Below, in pieces: positions 9,137-19,801 of a stretch of DNA of 64,000 nucleotides. A program made the translations under genes and the position numbers. Source of the stretch: Polyangiales bacterium (GTDB lineage Bacteria; Myxococcota_A; Polyangia; Polyangiales; Polyangiaceae); the NCBI GenBank assembly GCA_038231275.1, contig JBBRLQ010000004.1:335960-399959 (forward strand), given 5' to 3'. The first letter of the stretch is position 1. Every line of letters starts with the position of its first letter. The notes beneath the pieces were generated by a model. It ran no database searches, had not been told where the DNA came from, and worked only from the letters and a program-made list of their open reading frames with translations.

Positions 9137-9940
9137 GTGCCGACGAACAAGACTCTGTTTTTTGGGCTTCTCGCCGCTTGCGCCCTCTTTCCCCGCGCCG
9201 CGCTCGCGGACGGTCCGGCGACGAGCGACACGCCGGAGCCGCCGGTCATCACGCGTGACGTCAAGACGGAGATCCCGAACGTCGCGTACGCGTACCAGGC
9301 GCACGGGGTCTCGGCGCGGAACGTCGGCGTGATGGCCTACGGCGTCGGCCTCGGTGGACGCGGCCAGAAAGCGACCCTCGGCGGCGGCGGCGCCGTGTGG
9401 GGCTCGCCGATCGATCGGCTGACGCTCATCGGTGACGGCTCGCGGAACGTCGTCGGCAACTTCTCTCCGTCGATCGCCGCCGTCTTCCGCATCCTCGGCA
9501 CGCCCAACGACGGGTTCACGCTCGGCGCGCTCGGCAAGTACAAGGTCGAAGGCTTCGGCACCGGGCCCGGCGGCGAAACCGAGTCGGAGATCGAAGGCGG
9601 CCTCCTCCTCTCGTACGCAAAGTACGGCTGGCACATGGACCTGAACGCCATCAGCGGCTTCGGGACCGGCGACGACGGCGAGATCGACGGCGAGGGGCGC
9701 TTCCGCCTGAACCACGAGATCGGCCGTTACGTGCGGCTCGGCGTCGACAGCCAGGCGCGCTACCGCATGGCCGGCGACAGGAAGCTCCCGGGCAACCGAA
9801 ACGGCGACTTCGCGGCCGGCCCGCAGGTGATCATCGGCTCGAGCAACTTCTTCGGCTCGGTCACGACCGGCGCGGCTACGACGGGCATCGTCAACCAGGT
9901 CGGGTGGACGAGCATCCTCTCGATCGGCGGCAGCACCTAG
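9137..9940 (+). CDS. Secreted protein, probable outer-membrane beta-barrel
   Basis: Signal peptide (ALA-D); Gly-rich amphipathic beta-strands. Confidence 0.55.
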   Translation: MPTNKTLFFGLLAACALFPRAALADGPATSDTPEPPVITRDVKTEIPNVAYAYQAHGVSARNVGVMAYGVGLGGRGQKATLGGGGAVWGSPIDRLTLIGDGSRNVVGNFSPSIAAVFRILGTPNDGFTLGALGKYKVEGFGTGPGGETESEIEGGLLLSYAKYGWHMDLNAISGFGTGDDGEIDGEGRFRLNHEIGRYVRLGVDSQARYRMAGDRKLPGNRNGDFAAGPQVIIGSSNFFGSVTTGAATTGIVNQVGWTSILSIGGST

Positions 9941-10035
9941 AGCGGGCGCACCGCACGGTTTGGCGCGCACGATCTGCGTGCCTGTACAAGTTGGCCGAAC
10001 GTGCGCATGTTGTCGCGGTGACGGAGACGTCCACC

Positions 10036-10239
10036 ATGGCGACCTACGAAATTCAGGGCATGACGTGCCAGCACTGCGTCCGCTCGGTGGAGCGCGCGCT
10101 CGCGAAGGTTCCGGGCGTGGTCCGCGTCGACGAGGTCAACCTGGAGCGTGGCGTTGCGCGCATCGAAGGCGGCGCCACCGATGAGGCGGTGCTTCGCGCG
10201 ATCGAGGACGAGGGATACCGCGCGCGGCGCGCGAGCTGA
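10036..10239 (+). CDS. copZ: Copper chaperone (HMA domain)
   Basis: GMTCQHC HMA motif; 67 aa; directly upstream of a P1B-ATPase. Confidence 0.9.
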   Translation: MATYEIQGMTCQHCVRSVERALAKVPGVVRVDEVNLERGVARIEGGATDEAVLRAIEDEGYRARRAS

Positions 10240-10241
10240 GC

Positions 10242-12500
10242 GTGGCCGTGGAGCCGTCGGAGCTCACGTTCGAAGTGCACGGCATGACGTGCGCGAGCTG
10301 CGTCGGGCGCGTGGAGCGTGCGCTCCGCAAGGTCGATGGCGTCGCAGGCGCGAGCGTGAACCTGGCGACCAACCGCGCCACGGTGACGAGCGCGGGCGAG
10401 CGCGGTCCGTCTGCGTTGCGGCCGCTCCTCTACACGGCCGTTCACGACGCCGGCTACGAGGCCGCCGACGTCCCAAAGACCGCCGACGAGGCCGCCCACG
10501 CGGAGGAGACGGAGCTCAGGCTCGCGCGCCGTGACGCGCTCGTCGCCGGCGCGTTCGCGCTTCCGCTCGTCGTGCTCTCGATGGTCCCGATGGCGGTGCC
10601 GGCGCTTCACGCGCTGCTGCACCCGCTCCCCGAGATTCTGATGGGATGGGGCGGCCTCGCGCTCGCGGCGCCGGTGCAGCTCTGGGCGGCGCGCCATTTC
10701 TACGTGCGCGCGTGGTCGGAGGTCAGGCAGGGGAGCCTAGGAATGAGCACGCTCGTCGCGCTCGGTAGCTCGGCGGCGTTCGGATACTCGCTCGTCGCGC
10801 TCGTGGCGCCCGGCGCGTTTCCGCCGGGGACCGCGCACACGTACTTCGAAGCGTCGGCGTCGATCGTCGCGTTGATCCTCCTCGGAAAGTACTTCGAGGC
10901 GCGCGCGAAAGGGCGGTCCGCCGCGGCGCTGACGAAGCTGCTCCGCCTCGGCGCGAAGACAGCGCGCGTACGGCGCGACGGGGTCGAGAGCGATCTGCCC
11001 ATCGACGACGTCGTCGTGGGCGACGAGATCGCGGTGGTACCGGGAGAGCGTGTGCCCACCGATGGGGTGATCCTCGAAGGCGAGAGCTTCGTCGACGAGT
11101 CAATGATCACCGGAGAGCCCACGCCGGTGGAAAAGGGTCCGGGCGCGCAGGTCACAGGTGGCACGGTGAACGGCAACGGCGCGTTCAGCTTCCGCGCGAC
11201 GCGCGTGGGCAAAGAGACGCTCCTCGCGCGCATCGTGCACGCCGTCGAGAGCGCGCAGGCCGGCAAGCCGCGCGTGCAGGAGCTCGCCGATCGGATCGCC
11301 GCGGTGTTCGTGCCGGCGGTCCTCGCCGCGGCGGCGCTCACCTTCGCGGCGTGGTGGTTCTTCGGGCCGGCGCCTGCGCTGTCGCGCGCGTTCGTCGCCG
11401 CGGTCTCGGTCCTCGTCATCGCGTGCCCTTGCGCCATGGGCCTCGCGACGCCGACCGCGGTCCTCGTGGCCACCGGCCGCGCCGCCGAGCTAGGCGTGCT
11501 GTTTCGGAAAGGCGCGGCGCTGGAGGGGCTCGCCGCCGCGACCACGGTCCTTCTGGACAAGACGGGCACGTTGACCGAAGGGCGGCCCGCGCTCACCGAC
11601 GTCCACGCGGTCGGCGACGTCGCCGAAGCCGACGCGCTCCGACTGATCGCAGCGGCCGAGGCGCGCAGCGAGCACCCGATCGGCCGCGCCATCGTGTCCG
11701 GCGCGAAGGCGCGTTCACTCACGCTTCCGAAAGCGGAGGGCGTGAAGGCCGAGGCGGGGCTCGGCTTCACCGCCATGGTCGAAGGACGACGCGTGCAGGT
11801 CGGCGCCGCGCGCTTCATGGAGCGCCTCGGGATCGCGCTCGACGACCACGCCGCGCTCCTCGCGCGCTTGGCAAACGAGGCGAAGACCCCCGTGCTCGCT
11901 GCCATCGACGGCAAGCTCGCGGCGATCCTCGCGGTGTCCGATCCCGTGCGGGCCGAGAGCGCCGAGATGGTCCGCGCGCTCGAGGCTTCGGGGCTCGAGG
12001 TCGGCATGGTGACCGGAGACGATCGACGCACGGCCGACGCCGTCGCGGGCGCGCTCGGGATTCGGACCGTGCACGCCGAGATGCTGCCGGTCGCCAAAGC
12101 AGAGGAGATCGCGCGACTTCAGGCGGCCGGTCGCCGCGTCGTGTTCGTCGGCGACGGCGTCAACGACGCGCCCGCCCTCGCGCGCGCCGATGTGGGCGTC
12201 GCGATGGGAGGCGGCACCGACGTCGCCATCGAGTCGGGCGACGTCGTCCTCGTGCGCGGAAACCTGCGCGCGCTTCTCGACGCCCACGCCCTGAGCCGCC
12301 GCGCGGTGGCGACGATCCGTCAGAATTTCTTCTGGGCCTATGCCTACAACGTGGCCCTCGTGCCGCTCGCGGCAGGGGCCTTCTATCCGCTCGTTCAGAT
12401 GATGCTGTCGCCGGTGCTCGCGGCGGCGGCGATGAGCTCGAGCAGCCTGTTCGTCGTCGGCAACAGCTTGCGTCTGCGCCGCTTCACACGAAGCGCCTGA
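10242..12500 (+). CDS. copA: Cu(I)-translocating P1B-type ATPase
   Basis: GMTCASC, TGE, CPC, DKTGT, SEHP, GDGVND, YN and MxxSS motifs. Confidence 0.96.
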   Translation: MAVEPSELTFEVHGMTCASCVGRVERALRKVDGVAGASVNLATNRATVTSAGERGPSALRPLLYTAVHDAGYEAADVPKTADEAAHAEETELRLARRDALVAGAFALPLVVLSMVPMAVPALHALLHPLPEILMGWGGLALAAPVQLWAARHFYVRAWSEVRQGSLGMSTLVALGSSAAFGYSLVALVAPGAFPPGTAHTYFEASASIVALILLGKYFEARAKGRSAAALTKLLRLGAKTARVRRDGVESDLPIDDVVVGDEIAVVPGERVPTDGVILEGESFVDESMITGEPTPVEKGPGAQVTGGTVNGNGAFSFRATRVGKETLLARIVHAVESAQAGKPRVQELADRIAAVFVPAVLAAAALTFAAWWFFGPAPALSRAFVAAVSVLVIACPCAMGLATPTAVLVATGRAAELGVLFRKGAALEGLAAATTVLLDKTGTLTEGRPALTDVHAVGDVAEADALRLIAAAEARSEHPIGRAIVSGAKARSLTLPKAEGVKAEAGLGFTAMVEGRRVQVGAARFMERLGIALDDHAALLARLANEAKTPVLAAIDGKLAAILAVSDPVRAESAEMVRALEASGLEVGMVTGDDRRTADAVAGALGIRTVHAEMLPVAKAEEIARLQAAGRRVVFVGDGVNDAPALARADVGVAMGGGTDVAIESGDVVLVRGNLRALLDAHALSRRAVATIRQNFFWAYAYNVALVPLAAGAFYPLVQMMLSPVLAAAAMSSSSLFVVGNSLRLRRFTRSA

Positions 12501-12559
12501 GCCGGCGCCCATGCGCCGCGCCCGGCCCAGCCGCGCTACGTCCCCATCCCGGGATTCAA

Positions 12560-12597
12560 CCGTTCCTGTACGAAGTCTCCGAAAAGTACAGGAACGG
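12560..12597. terminator. Perfect 12-bp inverted repeat between convergent copA and tRNA-Pro
   Basis: CCGTTCCTGTAC-N14-GTACAGGAACGG. Confidence 0.5.
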
Positions 12598-12641
12598 CAG
12601 AAGCCTCGAGGATGTCTGCGGCCTGCGGCCCGTCAGAAATA

Positions 12642-12717
<76 letters not shown>

Positions 12718-12792
12718 AACCGCCGTCGCCGAAGCGGCAGCCCCGGGAACCTCGCACATGGGGTGGGCTCTCCGCAAGCCCGATCGCAAGGC

Positions 12793-13164
12793 TCAGCCGC
12801 TCAAGGTGACCGCGTAGGCCTCCGGCCGGAAGCCGACGAGGACCGCGAGGCCTGGCCCCTCGACGACGAGCACCGGCCGTTTCACGAGCTTGCCGTCGCG
12901 CGTGAGCCAGGCGGTGACCTCCGCGTCGGACGCGGCGTCGACCTTCTCCTTGCCGAGCGCGCGGTAGCTCTGGCCGCTCGTGTTCAGCCACTTTCGCACC
13001 GAGAGGCCGCTGGCGGGCACCCACGCACGGAGCTCCGCGGCGGTGGGCGGCTCTTCGACGATGGGACGCAGCGTGTATTTTACACCCTTATCGGAGAGCC
13101 ACTTCAGGGCCTTCTTGCAGGTGCTGCAGCCGGCGTAGGCGAGGACGGTGACGGCTTGGGCCAT
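12793..13164 (-). CDS. ArsC/Spx (YffB-like) family thioredoxin-fold protein
   Basis: YAGCSTCKKA, NTSGQSYR, LVKRP. Confidence 0.88.
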   Translation of the reverse strand: MAQAVTVLAYAGCSTCKKALKWLSDKGVKYTLRPIVEEPPTAAELRAWVPASGLSVRKWLNTSGQSYRALGKEKVDAASDAEVTAWLTRDGKLVKRPVLVVEGPGLAVLVGFRPEAYAVTLSG

Positions 13165-15803
13165 GCCGCGTTCATAGCCGGTCTCGCGCGCCGACGACCA
13201 AGCGATTCGCCGTCGCCGTTCGCGTCGACCCAGATCGCGCCGGTCATGGCGAAGGGAGCAGTCTCCTTCGCTTCGCCCGAGAGCACCGGCGTCATCGGGG
13301 TCGATCCTTCGACGATCACGACCACCGCGTCGTCCTCCGCGAAGCGGACGGTGGCGGTGAGGTCTTGCCCCACGGCGGACGACGGGAGCGGCGCAGGCCT
13401 CCACGACAGCGCCGGGGACGTCACGAGCGCATCGCCGGTCCGCGCCGAGACCAGGCGCACCCTCTCGAGGGTGATCCATGGCGCGTGCTCGACGTGAATG
13501 GCGAAGCTGACGCTCGGCCCCTTCGCGACGCCGCCGATGGGCGCGCCGTTGGCGGACACACGAAGAAACGGGCCGTTGGTCAGTACCACGTCGCGCAGCT
13601 CACGAACGCCGCGCACGAGATCGGCGGTGCGCGCGGGGCTCCACGCCTCGAGGTGCGCGTCGTCGGGCACGCGGACGTACGTGCGCGGGTAGCCGGCCTC
13701 TTGGCCGACGACGCCGTGCGTGTCGGTGTCGGCGGTGGCCGTCACCGGATGCCGCGTGCGAAGGAGGGCGAAGAAATCAGCGAGCACCTTGTCGCGCGCG
13801 TCCACGTTGCGTCCGTTCCACACTTCGAGCGCGTCGAAATCGGGATCGTAGCCGGGGTCCTTCCCTACCCCGGTCTTCGCGTCGAAGCCGAGCTGGTCGA
13901 AGTAGCCGGTGACGCCGGTGCGCGGGTGGTTGATCTGGAAGATGGGCGCGGGGGTGAGGTGGCGCGCGCGGAGCTCCGCGAAGATCTCTCGCGCGCTGCG
14001 ATCGCGGACCTCGGGCGCGCCGCCACGCGGCTTGTCGGGCTCTTCGGGGAGCGGGAACACGTTCGCGTGGCCCCACGGCTTCTTGCTCGAGTCGGTCGTC
14101 AGCTCGTCGCCGGGAATCGTGACCAGCGACGACTCGAGCTTCAGATCGCGCACCAGGCCCGACAGATCGACCACGACGTTGTGCTCGCTGGCGACCGCGA
14201 CCTCGAGCCCCTCCGCCGCGTTCGACACGAGCCGATCGCGCAGGCCCACCGGCGAGTCGGCGCCGAGCATCGTGTGCTGATGAAAATCGGTCGAGACGTA
14301 CCCGGTGGTGTCGACGACGCGCGCGAGGGCGACATCGGAAGCGGCGATCGTCCACGTCTCGCCGGCGCGAACGGTCGCGGCGAACGCGCGCGTCGCGTAT
14401 TCGGGGCCGCGCGACAAGGTCACGGCGTACGTGCCGACGGCGACCGGCACGTCCACCTTGCCGTCGTGCGTCGTCACTTGGTTGCGCGCGGGGCCGGCGG
14501 CGTGCGCGGGACCGAAGTCCGGCGTCGTCGTCCCGCCGGTGCCTTCGAGCGTCACCTTGCACGGCGCACCGCACGAAAACGCGACGCGTCCGGGGCGCGT
14601 GACGGCGAGAAGCGCGGTCGTCACGCTGTCCTTCGCGACGACGATCGGCAGACGGGGTCCGGCGCTCGCGCGGCCACCCCCCGACGCATACGCCACCTCG
14701 TATTTTCCCGGAGGGAGGTCGCCGGCGAGGACCTTCGCAGGCCCGGCGCCGGTGAGCGTGAGCACCTCCCCGCCGCCCGGCACGAAGAGAGACGCCTTGG
14801 CGCCGAGGAACGACGGCGTCGCCTTGTCCTCCTCACGCAGCTCGAGCTCGAGCCTCCCCAGCTCCGCCCCGGGCGACGCGAGGATCAGCTCGGCGACCAG
14901 GCTCGACGTGTCGGGGCGCTCGCCGACGACGAAGACGCGTGCATACTGCACACTTTCGCCCGGCTTCAGAACGACGTCCTTGCGCTGCTCGGTGTCGGTC
15001 CACGATCCGCCGCTGACCGCGTCGATCTCGCCGTCGGTCGACGTGATGGCATAGCTCACGAGCCTCCCGACGCCACCGACGTATGGGCCGTGCGATTTTC
15101 CACGGAAGCCCACCGATTTTCCGGGCGCGACCTTCTCGGCGCCACCCCACTGGATCGCGTCGCCGAGGCCGAGCTTGTCGATGGCGCGATCGCTGGTGTT
15201 CGTCAGCGTCGTCTCGAGGAGGAGCGCGCGATCGCCAGGGGCGAGCGTGTAGCGCGTCGTGACCTCGAGATCCTTCTCGTACAGCTCGTGGCCCTTCGCT
15301 TCGACCCACGCTACGCCGCCGTCGCCGGCGCCGCTGGTGATGCGGCCGTACACGCCCTGTCGGGGGAAGGTGCCGAAGTACGTGAACACCATCCCGAGCT
15401 CGTCTTTGCGCGCGCCCGCGTCGGCGGCGTCGACGAGGTTGCCGCCGCTCTCGGCGAAGCCGGCACCTCCGCCGAGCTGGTCGATGACGAAGACCACGTC
15501 CTCGTTCTCCAGCACGATGTCGCCGGGCCTGCCGACCGCGTTGGGGCCGCCGAGCTCTTGTCCCTTGGCGAGCGGATGCACGCGCGCGGGCTTCGCGGCG
15601 GTCTTGGCGGCGTCGCGGCGTGCGCGGCTGGGGATGAGGCTGATGCGCTGCGCGGCACCGGGCGACACTTCGATCTGTGGTGTCACGTCTTCCTTGGGCG
15701 GGCACGCGGTCCCGAAGAGGACGAGCGCGACCGGGAGCGCACGACGCATGAAGCGTGAGACCGACTGGCGCCGGGATCCTTGGAGCCTGGCGGTCATGGT
15801 CAT
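13104..15803 (-). CDS. Lipoprotein with PHP-like metallohydrolase domain (CehA/McbA-like)
   Basis: Lipobox FGTAC; DFHQH, SEHN, GDE, GHAN, NHPR, EVWNG, DTDTH metal motifs; 3' end overlaps the next gene by 61 bp. Confidence 0.8.
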   Translation of the reverse strand: MTMTARLQGSRRQSVSRFMRRALPVALVLFGTACPPKEDVTPQIEVSPGAAQRISLIPSRARRDAAKTAAKPARVHPLAKGQELGGPNAVGRPGDIVLENEDVVFVIDQLGGGAGFAESGGNLVDAADAGARKDELGMVFTYFGTFPRQGVYGRITSGAGDGGVAWVEAKGHELYEKDLEVTTRYTLAPGDRALLLETTLTNTSDRAIDKLGLGDAIQWGGAEKVAPGKSVGFRGKSHGPYVGGVGRLVSYAITSTDGEIDAVSGGSWTDTEQRKDVVLKPGESVQYARVFVVGERPDTSSLVAELILASPGAELGRLELELREEDKATPSFLGAKASLFVPGGGEVLTLTGAGPAKVLAGDLPPGKYEVAYASGGGRASAGPRLPIVVAKDSVTTALLAVTRPGRVAFSCGAPCKVTLEGTGGTTTPDFGPAHAAGPARNQVTTHDGKVDVPVAVGTYAVTLSRGPEYATRAFAATVRAGETWTIAASDVALARVVDTTGYVSTDFHQHTMLGADSPVGLRDRLVSNAAEGLEVAVASEHNVVVDLSGLVRDLKLESSLVTIPGDELTTDSSKKPWGHANVFPLPEEPDKPRGGAPEVRDRSAREIFAELRARHLTPAPIFQINHPRTGVTGYFDQLGFDAKTGVGKDPGYDPDFDALEVWNGRNVDARDKVLADFFALLRTRHPVTATADTDTHGVVGQEAGYPRTYVRVPDDAHLEAWSPARTADLVRGVRELRDVVLTNGPFLRVSANGAPIGGVAKGPSVSFAIHVEHAPWITLERVRLVSARTGDALVTSPALSWRPAPLPSSAVGQDLTATVRFAEDDAVVVIVEGSTPMTPVLSGEAKETAPFAMTGAIWVDANGDGESLGRRRARPAMNAAWPKPSPSSPTPAAAPARRP

Positions 15804-15837
15804 GGCGTCCTCACGTCCTCGCGATCTCGTCATCAGG

Positions 15838-17001
15838 TCATCGCGTGGCGAGGAAGCGCGCGAGGGCCTGGGCTTTCAAGAGGAGCGTGAACACCTCGAT
15901 CTGCTCGTCCTTCGTGTGAAAGCCGATACCACGCGGACCCAAGCCATCGATCGACGCGATCCCGATCGCGCTCGACGTGCTCGCGTCCGAGCCTCCGCCG
16001 ATGAGCGCGGCTTCGCCGTCGCCGAGCCCCGACGCGCGCGCTGCCTTTCCGTAGGAGGCCATGAGCGCCGCGCTGGCGTCGGTTCGCTCGAGCGGGAAGC
16101 GCGCGATGCCGCCCGAGAGCTCGATGCGGGTGCCGGGGACGGACGCGGCCGCCTCGTCCGCCGCGTCGCGCACGGCGTTCACGAGCGCCTCGCCGTCGGC
16201 GCGCGTGACGAAGCGCAGATCGATCAGCGCCTCGGCGCGATCGGGGATGGTGTTCTTGCCCTGCCCGCCCGTGAATTTTCCGACCGTGAGCGTGACGCCG
16301 CGATCGTAGTCCGTGAGGCCTTGGATGCGATCGACGAAGCGCGCGAGCGCCCAGATCGCGTTTGCGCCTTCCTTGTGGTTGTTCCCGGCGTGCGCGGCCT
16401 TCCCGTGCGCGACCGCCGTCATGCCGCCGGTCCCCTTGCGGCGCGTGATGATGGCGTCGGCCTTGCGCCCGGCCTCGAAGACGAGCGCCCCCGACGCGCC
16501 GGCGATCTCGCGCGCCAGGATCGACTGTCCCTCTGGCGATCCGACCTCTTCGTCCGCGACGATCACGAGGCGCAGCGGCGCGATCGCATCGAGGCTGGCG
16601 GTCTCCGCGAGTGCGCGAAGGGCCCATGCGACGACGACGAGGCCGCCCTTCATGTCGAGCACGCCGGGGCCGCGCCGGAGATCGCCGTCCTTCGTGAAGC
16701 CCTCGAAGGTCCCCGGCGGAAAGACCGTGTCGAGGTGGCCGATGAGCGCGACGGGCGGCGCCCCTGCGCGTCCCTTGCTCGAGAAGACGAGGTGATCGGC
16801 GAAGCGCGTGCTCGCCTCCACGCGCGCGTCGAGGCCGGCGATGCGAAAGACGGTGTCGCGAAGCATCGCGCCGACCTTGCGGCCTCCGTCGGTGTTGTCG
16901 GTGAAGGAGTTCACCTCGACGAGCTCGGCGAGTGCGGTCTCCATGGCGGCGCCTTGCTCGGCGAGCCAGCGTGCGGCGTCTTCGGCGGGATCTCGGATCA
17001 T
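15838..17001 (-). CDS. M20 family metallopeptidase (glutamate carboxypeptidase G2-like)
   Basis: GHLDTV, DMKGG, DEEVGS, FE, AHAG, GGGSD, FHT. Confidence 0.9.
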   Translation of the reverse strand: MIRDPAEDAARWLAEQGAAMETALAELVEVNSFTDNTDGGRKVGAMLRDTVFRIAGLDARVEASTRFADHLVFSSKGRAGAPPVALIGHLDTVFPPGTFEGFTKDGDLRRGPGVLDMKGGLVVVAWALRALAETASLDAIAPLRLVIVADEEVGSPEGQSILAREIAGASGALVFEAGRKADAIITRRKGTGGMTAVAHGKAAHAGNNHKEGANAIWALARFVDRIQGLTDYDRGVTLTVGKFTGGQGKNTIPDRAEALIDLRFVTRADGEALVNAVRDAADEAAASVPGTRIELSGGIARFPLERTDASAALMASYGKAARASGLGDGEAALIGGGSDASTSSAIGIASIDGLGPRGIGFHTKDEQIEVFTLLLKAQALARFLATR

Positions 17002-17039
17002 GCGGCGGTCATCCTAGATCGCGGGGAGGGCGCGGGCAT

Positions 17040-17122
17040 TCAACGAACGTTCGTTCGATCGGACGCGAAACTCAACGAACGTTCGTTCGATCATCTGAAG
17101 GTTGCGTTCTGTAAAAACAGAA
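17040..17122. promoter_or_regulatory. Duplicated palindromic operator between divergent M20 and desaturase genes
   Basis: TCAACGAACGTTCGTTCGATC at 17040-17060 and 17072-17092 (core AACGAACGTTCGTT is a perfect palindrome); TTCTGT-N4-ACAGAA at 17107-17122. Confidence 0.7.
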
Positions 17123-17135
17123 TGTAGAGAATCTC

Positions 17136-17885
17136 ATGGCAAAGACTCCGCCGCCCCCCCTCGAGCGCACTGTCGCCGCCCGCGCGCGCGCCCGCGAGAA
17201 GCTCATGGCCCGGATCCCCAGCTGGTACAGCCCCTGGGGCCACCTCAGCGCGACGACCGGCATCGGCCTCGCGATCCTCGCCCTCGCCCTCCACGAGCTC
17301 CACGCGGTGCGCGCGATCGAGCTCCTCGTCATACCCGCCGTGTTCCTCGTTTCGAACGCCTTCGAGTGGCGCGTCCACAAGGACGTCCTTCATCGTCGCC
17401 TCTGGCCGGTCGAGGTCATCTACCAACGCCACACGCCCGAGCATCACGCCGTCTACATGACCAACGACATGGCGATCCGCTCGACGAAGGAGTTCCGCCT
17501 CGTCCTCATGCCGGCGATGGGCATCCTCGGCATCGTCCTCGCCGCGACGCCGATGGCGTTCCTGGTCCGCGTCCTGTTCAGCGAGAACTGCGGCTGGCTC
17601 TTCCTCGTCTCGTCGGCGCTCTACATGGTGCTCTACGAGGTCTCGCACCTCTCCTACCACTTGCCGGAGACGACGTGGATCGGGCGGCGGCGGCTCGTCA
17701 AGTCGCTCCGAGAACACCACGCGCGGCATCACGATCCGCGCCTCATGCAGAAGTGGAACTTCAACGTGACCATCCCGCTCTTCGACTTGATCCACGGGAC
17801 GATCGCGAAGAAGACCGCCGAGAGCCTCACGGACGACACGACGGCGAAAGCGAGCGATCTGCCCACCGAGGGTGCGCTCCGCTGA
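17136..17885 (+). CDS. Fatty acid hydroxylase/sterol desaturase family protein
   Basis: His boxes HKDVLH, HTPEHH, HLSYH, HHARHH; NFNVT...FDLIHGT. Confidence 0.85.
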   Translation: MAKTPPPPLERTVAARARAREKLMARIPSWYSPWGHLSATTGIGLAILALALHELHAVRAIELLVIPAVFLVSNAFEWRVHKDVLHRRLWPVEVIYQRHTPEHHAVYMTNDMAIRSTKEFRLVLMPAMGILGIVLAATPMAFLVRVLFSENCGWLFLVSSALYMVLYEVSHLSYHLPETTWIGRRRLVKSLREHHARHHDPRLMQKWNFNVTIPLFDLIHGTIAKKTAESLTDDTTAKASDLPTEGALR

Positions 17886-17924
17886 CGCGTGTTTTTCGCG
17901 AACGCGGTGCTACCCTCTCCGGCC

Positions 17925-18980
17925 ATGTCGAAGCGATTCAAGGCCGCCGTCATCGGCGGTAGCGGGTACGGCGGCGCCGAGCTCATTCGCCGTTTGCTCC
18001 TTCATCCGGACGTCGAGCTCGTGCGCGTCGCGTCCGTCGATTTCATCGGCGAGCCGCTCGCCGCGGTGCACCCCAACCTCGAGGGGCAGACCGACTTGAA
18101 GTTTGAGGAGATCCCTGCGGGCGAGGCGGCGAAGGGCATGGACGTCGTCCTCCTCGGCCTCCCGCACAAGGTCAGCGCGCACAAGATGCCCGAGCTCATC
18201 GCGAGCGGCGCGCGCGTCGTGGATCTGTCCGGCGATTTTCGGCTGCGCGATCCCGCCGTGTACAAGCGCTACTACGGCGCCGATCACCCCTGCCCCGACA
18301 AGCTGAAGGGTGACTTCGTGTACGGCCTCCCGGAGCTCAATCGCGAGGCGATCAAGAAGGCGAAGTACGTCGCGTCGCCCGGCTGCTTCGCGACGACGAT
18401 CGAGCTCGCGCTCCTGCCGCTCGCCAAGAAGGGCCTCCTCGAAGGGGCGGTCGAGGTCGTCGGCATCACCGGGTCTTCGGGCAGCGGCATCGCGCCGTCT
18501 GCGGGCACCCACCACCCGACGCGCGCGGTGAACCTGCGCACGTACAAGCCGCTCGATCACCAGCACATCCCCGAGATCGTCCAAACGCTCCAGGACGCCG
18601 GCGCGAAGAACCTCACGATCCGCTTCGTCCCCGTGAGCGCGCCCCTGTCGCGCGGCATCTTCGCGACGAGCTTCGCGCACGTCCCCGAGCGCGTCACCGC
18701 CGACGCCATACGTGCACTCTACACAGAGGCCTTCGCCGGCGAGCCGTTCGTCCGCGTGCCGAAGAAGCGCCTGCCGGAGGTCGCCGCGGTGAGCGGGACC
18801 AACTACGCGGAGGTCGGCGTGCAGCCGGGGGACGTGTCGGGCGGCCTCCGCACCATCGCGTGCTTCAGCGCGACCGACAACCTCATCAAGGGCGGCGCCG
18901 GGCAGGCCATCCAGTCGATGAACCTGATGCTCGGCCTCGACGAGCGCCTGACCTTGGAAGACCCGGGGGGCTGGCCGTGA
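17925..18980 (+). CDS. argC: N-acetyl-gamma-glutamyl-phosphate reductase
   Basis: GGSGYGG, DLSGDFRL, YGLPELNR, SPGCF, DNLIKGGAGQA. Confidence 0.96.
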   Translation: MSKRFKAAVIGGSGYGGAELIRRLLLHPDVELVRVASVDFIGEPLAAVHPNLEGQTDLKFEEIPAGEAAKGMDVVLLGLPHKVSAHKMPELIASGARVVDLSGDFRLRDPAVYKRYYGADHPCPDKLKGDFVYGLPELNREAIKKAKYVASPGCFATTIELALLPLAKKGLLEGAVEVVGITGSSGSGIAPSAGTHHPTRAVNLRTYKPLDHQHIPEIVQTLQDAGAKNLTIRFVPVSAPLSRGIFATSFAHVPERVTADAIRALYTEAFAGEPFVRVPKKRLPEVAAVSGTNYAEVGVQPGDVSGGLRTIACFSATDNLIKGGAGQAIQSMNLMLGLDERLTLEDPGGWP

Positions 18981-19798
18981 GCGCAGGACCCGTCGTCCTC
19001 AAGCTGGGCGGCGAGGTCGTCGTGGGGCCACACATGGCCGCGATCGCCGCGGACGTGGCGGAGATGCGCAAGGGGCAGCCCGTCGTCGTCGTGCACGGCG
19101 GGGGGCCGCAGGCGACCGAGCTCCAGAAGAAGCTCGGGCAAACGCCCAACATCGTGGCCGGTCGCCGCATCACCGATCGCGACGCCCTCGAGGTCATGAA
19201 GATGATCGTCGCGGGGAAGATCAACGTCGATCTCTGCTCCGCCCTCCTGGCCGCCGGCGCGCGGCCGGTGGGGCTCCACGGCGCGAGCTCGCTCGCCGTG
19301 CACGCGAAGAAGCGGCCGCCCAAGATCGTCGCCGGCGGCGGGCCCGATCCGATCGACTTCGGTCACGTCGGAGACGTCGTGTCCGTCAACAAGGACCTCA
19401 TCGCGCTGCTGCTCGACGCCGGGTATTTGCCGGCGATCGCGTGCCTCGGCGCCGACGAGGCGGGAAACGTCTTCAACATCAACGCGGACATCGTCGCGAA
19501 CAAGATGGCGATCGCGCTCGACGCGCAAGCACTGGTCCTCGTGTCGGACGTGCCCGGCGTCCTCCGCGACGTGAAGGATCCGTCGTCGCGCATCGCGCGC
19601 ATGACCCTCGCGGACGGCAAGAAAGCGATCGCCGATGGCGTCGTCACCAAGGGGATGATCCCGAAGCTCGAGGAGTCGTTCGAAGCCATCGGGCAAGGCG
19701 TCCGCGCGGTCCACATCGTGGGCCGGCTCGAGCGCGGCCACCTCGCGCGAGAGGTGGCCGAGCCCGGGAGCGTCGGTACGGTTCTCGTTAGCGCGTGA
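18977..19798 (+). CDS. argB: Acetylglutamate kinase
   Basis: VLKLGG, VHGGGPQ, GRRITD, NINAD, GMIPK; GTGA overlap with argC. Confidence 0.95.
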   Translation: MSAGPVVLKLGGEVVVGPHMAAIAADVAEMRKGQPVVVVHGGGPQATELQKKLGQTPNIVAGRRITDRDALEVMKMIVAGKINVDLCSALLAAGARPVGLHGASSLAVHAKKRPPKIVAGGGPDPIDFGHVGDVVSVNKDLIALLLDAGYLPAIACLGADEAGNVFNINADIVANKMAIALDAQALVLVSDVPGVLRDVKDPSSRIARMTLADGKKAIADGVVTKGMIPKLEESFEAIGQGVRAVHIVGRLERGHLAREVAEPGSVGTVLVSA

Positions 19799-19801
19799 CG
19801 A

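Noticed and set aside
9961-9977. sigma54 promoter upstream of copZ
   Set aside because: GG-to-GC spacing is not N10; no recognisable CsoR or CueR operator was seen either.
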